Below are positions 58,601 to 64,000 of a DNA stretch of 64,000 nucleotides, one piece after another (the stretch's first letter is position 1; each line of letters opens with the position of its first letter). The position numbers and the translations under genes are program-made. Origin of the DNA: Calditrichaceae bacterium (lineage in GTDB: Bacteria; Calditrichota; Calditrichia; Calditrichales; JBFXGD01); assembly GCA_050173015.1 (NCBI GenBank), contig JBFXLE010000008.1, positions 32,584-96,583 of the forward strand. Reading direction: 5' to 3'. The notes beneath the pieces were generated by a model. The model was given only the letters and a program-made list of their open reading frames with translations, ran no database searches and was not told where the DNA came from.

Positions 58601-59662
58601 AATTCCCTTTACCTGATTCAACATTCCTTTAAAGTAAACATCCGCGTCATTGGCGCTTATTTTTAAATAGTCAACATTGATATCTCCGTATTCATACTCA
58701 CCTTTCAAAGCCGCATTCCGGACAAACAAATCGTTCCATCTCCCCTTCAAGGCAAGGTCCATACCGAAATTCCGGGGAGAACCAATGAATACAAACTTCC
58801 CGCTCAGATTTCCGTCTTTGAATTTTTCATCTCCCGTCAGCAGGTACAAATCATATAAATCCAGTTTAATTTCATCAAATGAGAGAACGATATGCAGTGA
58901 GTCTTCAAGATAAATATCGGTTGTCAGAAAAATTTTTGAGCGTTCAGTGGACAACTGAAACTGATTGATCGTCACATGCCGCTCATCACCGATAATCTGA
59001 AAATGAAGACTGGACAGTTCAAAATCTTTATCCGGCCAATTACCTGATAATTTTGATACATTCAGCTTATAAGAATCTCTTTTTACTGAAAGGTCAAATT
59101 TTACATAAATGTCATCAAATCCGAGTTTCGGATTAACAATATCCACCTTGCCCGCGACAATTTCAAAATCATTAAGGTCTATTTCCGGTAAAGTTCTCAG
59201 AAGACTGTCCACATACACCGCTTTTTGCAATTGCGCGAGAGTTGAATCAAGAACAAATTCCTTCTTGTCCTCATCGATCTGCAATTCTTTTGCGCCGGGC
59301 ACATTGATGCTGAGACTGTCAAAAAATATCCGGGATAATTTAACCTTATTTTTTAACAATGGAAGAAGATTATACTTAAGATCAACATGGTTGCTGCTCA
59401 GATATAACTGGTCATTTAATTCGAATTCAAGGTTTTCAATAATAACATGATTCAGCAAATTCCCTTTAAGGGATGTATAATGGATTCTGCCTGTGTCTTT
59501 TAACTCATGATTAAGGTAAGACGCGATTGCGTTGGCAACAACATTGGTCTGCCAATGAAGTAGGATGATAATCAACATCGATAGAAAGATACCGACGAAG
59601 ATCCATTTCATTACAGAAAGAAGAGTTTTAAACCGGCTTTTTTTTATTACTTCTTTTTCCAA
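55604..59662 (-). CDS. tamB: Translocation and assembly module TamB (AsmA-like, C-terminal DUF490)
   Basis: 1352 aa; N-terminal TM, long beta-rich body (G..SQP, GTLNKP), C-terminal LGKYLTSDLYIEY..LEYRINR..SWEVTF. Confidence 0.85.
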   Translation of the reverse strand: MEKEVIKKSRFKTLLSVMKWIFVGIFLSMLIIILLHWQTNVVANAIASYLNHELKDTGRIHYTSLKGNLLNHVIIENLEFELNDQLYLSSNHVDLKYNLLPLLKNKVKLSRIFFDSLSINVPGAKELQIDEDKKEFVLDSTLAQLQKAVYVDSLLRTLPEIDLNDFEIVAGKVDIVNPKLGFDDIYVKFDLSVKRDSYKLNVSKLSGNWPDKDFELSSLHFQIIGDERHVTINQFQLSTERSKIFLTTDIYLEDSLHIVLSFDEIKLDLYDLYLLTGDEKFKDGNLSGKFVFIGSPRNFGMDLALKGRWNDLFVRNAALKGEYEYGDINVDYLKISANDADVYFKGMLNQVKGIEGLLTFKNINLHQFARQYEPSRINGNLNFKLDGLNFKRPTGQGSLYIFDSSLGNISLDSLRFAIRATKGDKEIMQPSYVQFNSFSRFNLYGTLDSKNQMDLKLSTKENQLGILLSQFGIIDSLDAAFDAEFMAKGPLVDPDIMGKFWIKQLNYDTVHLDSISLDLYTNRIASSRNGQATFRIKSGSIEDIPVTNVLMSVDIDSNRLEIPELSINSLQNYISAVFHVTFNDDHTEIIFNNFKAEYEKYWLSNNENIEFRIDSSGVSIERFSLHGPKKSALEISGFWDNTIEDAQIYVVLDSMSIEPFQQIWENKFSAGGVINGWIELITPFHDPIMDIKLTVDDLIYNETRLGNIRSQFQYVNKNISIQEFMITEANSSLIIGGDLALVFGKNVKKGFRFLEDTEAHLSVDWSNLSLSRYSSLFRLRYPLSGTTSGSLEMSGSVSQPVLNQNLSLVDFRYKDFTVDSLRMFAQYNSGYILVDSLQGSLNNTSFDIKGWQKFDLNLAHPEFDIADQPFELLLKSKDNEISLPGLFNEQLETILGNYELELYLGGTLNKPGVTSGFVRLNNGEILLSRVRDKIKNVTFNAEINDSVLKINNFSGYSVKKKDFLEKGWHYVRKLTALLRGKTIREGYLEAKGTVDLSEVLRPILDLDVLAQEFYVDYFVENTSLLVSSDNLKIQGRDTIMVTGDVYIPQGFYEVDLGQMQRNVYLISPSALDLQPPFIAYNLDVQIPGNFVISSSPLDLTNNFKITILGDLQTILEPAAELTKINGHLEVVSGKFSSLNQSFGVKSGSIDFTNPNKINPDINIVAEKKISSKIFQLNITGTLEQMRQDILVKDLDGNELHMTPQDKITLLTLGADTEMLSSNTDSTFRNVGEDVATTSMLTAVERGTETFTGLDKVEIESDSKFLDLQKMKLNNGLKDASISLGKYLTSDLYIEYRTQFGNSVPAPKLSWDAGNRLGLEYRINRNWSFDSYYEKTIQGNNKVQIGLSWEVTF

Positions 59663-59681
59663 TCTATACCTGCGCGAAATA

Positions 59682-60803
59682 TTAAGATTTTAAATATTGC
59701 TCCGCGAATTGCACCCGTCTGGCCACAGAAGGATGACTGTGAAACAAAAATTCCACCACCGGATTGGGGGAGTGATCGCTCAGATTTGTGTCACTTAATT
59801 TTTGCATCGCGATAATAAACGCTCCGGGTTCATCGCTGTTATCAAGAGCATAGCGGTCGGCTTGTCTTTCATGCCGCCTGCTGATCGCGTTCTCCAGCGG
59901 ATTAAATATGAACGAGATGACACCAAGAACGATTGAAAGCAGCGGGAGTGCCGCAAGATCACCCAACCCGTTGAAGCCCCGGGAAAATACCATACTGCTG
60001 TAAACGATATGCGCGATATACAGACTCAGATAGCTGGTAATTGTACCGGTAATGACTCCGATTAAAAGATGTTTATGAACATAATGTCCGACTTCATGGG
60101 CAAATACCGTCTCAATCTCGTCCAATGAAAATTTTTCCAGCAGCGTGTCTCCAAGGATGATTCTTTTAGATTTCCCGAATCCTGTAAAGGCCGCATTTGC
60201 CTTGTTTGTTGTTTTACTCAGATTAAAACGATAAACACCGTCCAGATTAAATTTTCCCTTACCCGCGAGCCGGTTCATTCTGCCGAGTAATTCTTTATTA
60301 TCCAATTTTTCAAATTTATAAAACAAAGGAAAGATGACCTGTGGCGCGATTCTCCCAATAATCACCGAAAAAACAAATAGCGCCGTCGCTGTCCATAACC
60401 ACCAGGTGTCCGGATAATTTCTCAGAAAAAAATAGAACAGAATTAGAATCGGCGTAAAAAGCACAAGTCCTACAGCCAGTCCCTTCATTTTCTCAAGAAT
60501 CCAGCCTTTCAGGCTTTGATTTGTTAATTTATAATAATGTTCAAGCCAAAACCCGGAAAAGTAGCTTACGGGAAACGAAATAACAGACATCACCATTCCG
60601 ATTATTGCCAAAAAGGCAAGCAAACGGATATAAGGATTGCTGAACCATTCACTGACAAGATCGCTGAGGCGTCCCGAGTAACCACTATAAACAAATCCAA
60701 CAATCAGCAGTAATGAAATTAAGGTTTCGGATAAACTTACGATGAGTTTTATCCGGTTATAAGTTTTTGCCAGTTTTTCACGTCCTAATTTTTTGTCATC
60801 CAT
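59682..60803 (-). CDS. Ste24-like M48 membrane zinc metalloprotease
   Basis: NAAFTGFGKSKRIILGDTL, HEVGH, SRRHERQAD, SHP; multiple TM helices. Confidence 0.93.
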   Translation of the reverse strand: MDDKKLGREKLAKTYNRIKLIVSLSETLISLLLIVGFVYSGYSGRLSDLVSEWFSNPYIRLLAFLAIIGMVMSVISFPVSYFSGFWLEHYYKLTNQSLKGWILEKMKGLAVGLVLFTPILILFYFFLRNYPDTWWLWTATALFVFSVIIGRIAPQVIFPLFYKFEKLDNKELLGRMNRLAGKGKFNLDGVYRFNLSKTTNKANAAFTGFGKSKRIILGDTLLEKFSLDEIETVFAHEVGHYVHKHLLIGVITGTITSYLSLYIAHIVYSSMVFSRGFNGLGDLAALPLLSIVLGVISFIFNPLENAISRRHERQADRYALDNSDEPGAFIIAMQKLSDTNLSDHSPNPVVEFLFHSHPSVARRVQFAEQYLKS

Positions 60804-60896
60804 ATATTAAACCTGTATTTCTGAAATGAGTAAGAATAATACCAATAGTTACATGCTAAGTTCCGATTATTCTAATTTAACGGTTTTTAAATAATT

Positions 60897-60925
60897 AGTT
60901 TACAAGCGAAGAAATTCTCTTGCAA
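60897..60925 (-). promoter_or_regulatory. Putative promoter of M48-tamB-tamA
   Basis: Minus strand TTGCAA-N17-TAAACT. Confidence 0.5.
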
Positions 60926-60959
60926 TAAAAAAATGAAAGTCAGGGAATTCCGATTCATG

Positions 60960-60988
60960 TTGCAGAAAATGCGCAATTTAATTATTTT
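60960..60988 (+). promoter_or_regulatory. Putative promoter of ltaE-trkA-trkH
   Basis: TTGCAG-N17-TATTTT upstream of the CAGGA SD and ATG. Confidence 0.45.
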
Positions 60989-61014
60989 AATTTTTCAATA
61001 AAACAGGAACTGAG

Positions 61015-62049
61015 ATGAAAATAGTAGATTTGCGCAGCGATACCATAACGAAACCGTCTCCTGATATGCGCGCCGCCATGGCCGCCGCTGAAGTTGGTGA
61101 TGATGTCTTTAGCGAAGACCCCACGGTCAATTCACTTCAGGAAAGAATAAAAACTCTGACCGGCAAAGAGGCCGCCCTATTTGTATCCAGCGGTACACAG
61201 GCCAACCAGACGGCGATTAACGCGCACACTCAACCCGGCGATGAAGTGATTTGCGAATATAATTCCCATATATTTAATTACGAGGCAGGAGCCCCGGCAA
61301 TGCTCTCCGGAGTACAGCTACATCCCTTGCAAGGTCAGGCGGGGGTACTTGACCCCGATCAGGTTGTTCAGTCCATCCGCTCCGCGGATCACCATTTTCC
61401 AAGAACCCGCCTAATCTGTCTTGAAAATACGCATAACCGATGGGGAGGCGCGATATATCCTCTTGAACATATAGTGGAAATTCGTAAAATCGCAGACCGT
61501 TTCGGGCTTAAGATGCACCTGGACGGCGCCAGATTATGGAACGCGTCTGTGGCAACCGGTATATCAATTGCCGAATACAGCCGGTATTTTGATTCCTTGT
61601 CGTTGTGTTTTTCAAAAGGACTCGGCGCCCCTGTCGGTTCTGTTGTAGCCGGAAGCGGAGAATTTATCGACCGTGTTCATTATTATCGCAAGGCATACGG
61701 CGGCGGAATGCGCCAGTCCGGAATACTTGCCGCCGCTGCTCTTTACGCGATTGATCATAATGTGGACCGGCTTAAAGAAGATCATCTTCGTACAAAAATT
61801 CTGGCAGAGAATATAAGCTCGTTACCCGATATTAGCATTAATCCGGCTCTGGTTCAGACAAATATCGTGATATTTGAAGTGATGAGCAGGACAAAATCCG
61901 CTCCCGAATATGCTGATGAATTGAGTCGCGAAGGGATAAAAATGATCGCGTTTTCATCTAAAAAGCTGAGGGCGGTCACCCACCTGGATATTGACGATAG
62001 TGACATTGATTTCGTCATACAAAAATTAAATAAGCTTTACCGATCCTGA
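61015..62049 (+). CDS. ltaE: Low-specificity L-threonine aldolase
   Basis: DLRSDT, VGDDV..EDPT, LENTHN, HLDGARL, CFSKGLGAPVGS (PLP Lys), GGGMRQ. Confidence 0.96.
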   Translation: MKIVDLRSDTITKPSPDMRAAMAAAEVGDDVFSEDPTVNSLQERIKTLTGKEAALFVSSGTQANQTAINAHTQPGDEVICEYNSHIFNYEAGAPAMLSGVQLHPLQGQAGVLDPDQVVQSIRSADHHFPRTRLICLENTHNRWGGAIYPLEHIVEIRKIADRFGLKMHLDGARLWNASVATGISIAEYSRYFDSLSLCFSKGLGAPVGSVVAGSGEFIDRVHYYRKAYGGGMRQSGILAAAALYAIDHNVDRLKEDHLRTKILAENISSLPDISINPALVQTNIVIFEVMSRTKSAPEYADELSREGIKMIAFSSKKLRAVTHLDIDDSDIDFVIQKLNKLYRS

Positions 62050-62088
62050 TTTAAAATTCGTCAACTATCGAAACTAAAGAGGTTAACA

Positions 62089-63429
62089 TTGTTTATTATT
62101 ATCATCGGCGCGGGGGATGTGGGTTTTAATCTGGCGAAAATGCTTTCATACGAACGCCATGATGTGGTACTTATTGAAAAAGATCAGGAAAAATTCATGC
62201 GCGCGTCTGACGCCCTCGATGCTCAGGTTTACCACGCAAACGGTACAAGTTATAAGATTCTGGAGAAAGCCGGGATAAAATCGGCTGATATGCTTGTGGC
62301 TGTAACCAATTCTGATGAGGTAAATCTTCTCTCCGCGATCATCGCGAAACAATACGGTGTAAAACGTACGGTTGTCCGTGTTAAAAACAGAGATTTTCTC
62401 CATCAGGATTCACCGGTAAATGCGGAGAAATTCAACATCGATCTTATCATCCATCCCGAATCTGAAGCGGCGCATGGAGCTGTTCATCTTCTTAACCAGA
62501 GCGCGGCTACCGATATTATAGAATTCGCGCAGGGCCGAATTATTTTGATGGGCATACAGCTTGACCGTAATGTATCCATACTGAACAAACCGCTGACCGA
62601 GTTGGCGCGGCAGTTTCAGGATATACCGTTTCGCACAATCGCCATCCAACGAAAAGATTTCACCAAGATTCCACGCGGTGAAGATATATTTATAGCTAAT
62701 GATCGTGTCTTTGTCGTCGTTCCCAAGGAATATGTAAAAGATGTTATCAAGGCAACAGGAAAAGAAAACACAAAAATTGAGAACGTAATGATTCTTGGCG
62801 GAGGGCAAACGGGTTATCTCCTGGCCAAAGAGCTCGAAAAAACGATGAATGTCAAAGTCATCGAATCAAATGTGGATAAATCCTTCGATCTTGCGGAGAA
62901 ATTAAAAAAATCTCTCGTAATTAAGGGAGACGGCCGCGATCTCAATCTGCTCGCGCTTGAAGGGATTATTGACATGGATGCCTTTATCGCCGTGACCGGA
63001 GACGATGAAACCAATATTATTTCATGTCTTATGGCAAAACATCTGCAGGTCCCTAAAATTATATCACTAATAAATAAAACCGATTATACGCCGATCATTC
63101 CGACAATAGGGATTGACGCGTTCATTTCAAAACAAATTCTGACGGTGAACGGTATTCTCAAATTTATACGTCGCGGAGCGATTGTTAATCTTGCTTCTAT
63201 TCCCGGAAGCGCGGCCGAGGCCATCGAAATGATTCCCCAGCCCGGCTCAAAAATAACCCAAAAACCTTTAATTGATTTACGTTTCCCAAAGGACGCGATC
63301 CTGGGCGCGGTCATGCGCGGAGAGGATGTTTTTATTCCTGTCGGAAGCACTCAAATTCAGGCGGGCGATAAAGTGGTATTATTCGCCTTGCCAACCGCTA
63401 TTCATGAAGTGGAAAAACTATTCAACTAA
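62089..63429 (+). CDS. trkA: Trk potassium uptake NAD-binding subunit
   Basis: Two RCK N/C pairs (IIGAGDVG, ILGGGQTG, DEVN, DETN); TTG start with GAGG SD. Confidence 0.95.
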   Translation: MFIIIIGAGDVGFNLAKMLSYERHDVVLIEKDQEKFMRASDALDAQVYHANGTSYKILEKAGIKSADMLVAVTNSDEVNLLSAIIAKQYGVKRTVVRVKNRDFLHQDSPVNAEKFNIDLIIHPESEAAHGAVHLLNQSAATDIIEFAQGRIILMGIQLDRNVSILNKPLTELARQFQDIPFRTIAIQRKDFTKIPRGEDIFIANDRVFVVVPKEYVKDVIKATGKENTKIENVMILGGGQTGYLLAKELEKTMNVKVIESNVDKSFDLAEKLKKSLVIKGDGRDLNLLALEGIIDMDAFIAVTGDDETNIISCLMAKHLQVPKIISLINKTDYTPIIPTIGIDAFISKQILTVNGILKFIRRGAIVNLASIPGSAAEAIEMIPQPGSKITQKPLIDLRFPKDAILGAVMRGEDVFIPVGSTQIQAGDKVVLFALPTAIHEVEKLFN

Positions 63430-63445
63430 TTCCGGCAAAATTAAT

Positions 63446-64000
63446 ATGATAAATTTTCGCGCTATAATTAACATTCTCAGTGCCCTGCTGCTGTTTCTGG
63501 CCATTTCGTTAACGTTTCCGGCAGTCATCGCTTATTTTTATGATGAAGGTGATTTCAATTCGTTTATTTTTACGATTATCCTGACATTCATCCTGGGATT
63601 AGCGGGATTCTTCACATCAAGAACAAAGACTGAACTCAAGATAAAAGACGGATTTCTAATCGTTACATTCGGCTGGATACTCTTCGCGGCATTCGGGGCT
63701 CTTCCATTCAGAATATCCGGATTCATTCCGTCATATACCGACGCTTTTTTCGAAACCATGTCCGGATTCTCAACAACCGGAGCATCCATTCTTACCAATA
63801 TCGAAGTTCTCCCGCACGGTCTTCTATTCTGGCGGTCGCTGACCCACTGGCTGGGCGGCATGGGAATTATATTGCTATCGCTGGCAATCCTTCCGCTTTT
63901 GGGAGTGGGTGGTATGCAGCTGTTTAAAGCGGAAGTCCCCGGACCGACGCCGGATAAACTTTCTCCAAGGATAAAACATACCGCTGAATTGCTTTGGGGA
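63446..64000 (+). CDS. trkH: Trk potassium uptake membrane subunit, partial (runs off the window)
   Basis: My translation from ATG 63446: ..KDGFLIVTFGW..GALPF..DAFFETMSGFSTTGAS..LFWRSLTHWLGGMGII..AEVPGP; open to the window end. Confidence 0.95.
   Translation, partial: MINFRAIINILSALLLFLAISLTFPAVIAYFYDEGDFNSFIFTIILTFILGLAGFFTSRTKTELKIKDGFLIVTFGWILFAAFGALPFRISGFIPSYTDAFFETMSGFSTTGASILTNIEVLPHGLLFWRSLTHWLGGMGIILLSLAILPLLGVGGMQLFKAEVPGPTPDKLSPRIKHTAELLWG

Noticed and set aside
63538..63861. 107-aa minus-strand ORF
   Set aside because: Antisense to the clear trkH frame starting at 63446
1..64000. Visually frequent CCGG/TCCGGA and CGCG words
   Set aside because: Cannot be quantified by eye and plausibly explained by CCG, GGA and GCG codon usage; needs a Markov-model k-mer test
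1..64000. Search for tRNA, rRNA, riboswitches, IS or integrase genes, CRISPR, defence systems, selenocysteine or frameshift recoding
   Set aside because: None supported; intergenic gaps are short and all major ORFs appear intact

Overview
Gene-dense, moderately AT-rich bacterial chromosomal window with no mobile element, CRISPR array, rRNA or tRNA that I can support. The gene content (lipid A/LPS genes, TAM, Bat operon, many lipoproteins) indicates a diderm; an FCB-group organism such as Calditrichota is my inference, not something checked. In order: rimP-nusA-infB-DUF503-rbfA-truB(partial) with a rimP leader; APC permease, DUF554, Mn-type SOD, DUF3108; an LPS/lipid A cluster (epimerase, MsbA, two TagF-family phosphotransferases, GT9, GT4, three GT2, LpxL) containing a TsaC/LMW-phosphatase fusion; PpiD-like chaperone; pheA, ROK kinase, Gfo/Idh/MocA, ADP-ribosylglycohydrolase, Nudix, sucB, sucA; a 64-aa Cys-rich protein; YitT and a second ROK kinase; a lipoprotein plus beta-barrel pair; archease-rtcB; a ~20 kb co-oriented envelope block (Ste24-like M48 protease, tamB, tamA/Omp85, TPR lipoprotein, then an expanded moxR-DUF58-batABCDE operon with extra members and a SPOR lipoprotein); ltaE, trkA, trkH(partial). 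The best candidates for something undescribed are the expanded MoxR/Bat machine beside TAM, the TsaC-phosphatase fusion, the repeat lipoprotein/barrel pair and the ARH-Nudix pair behind sucAB. All calls come from motif reading; no searches were run.
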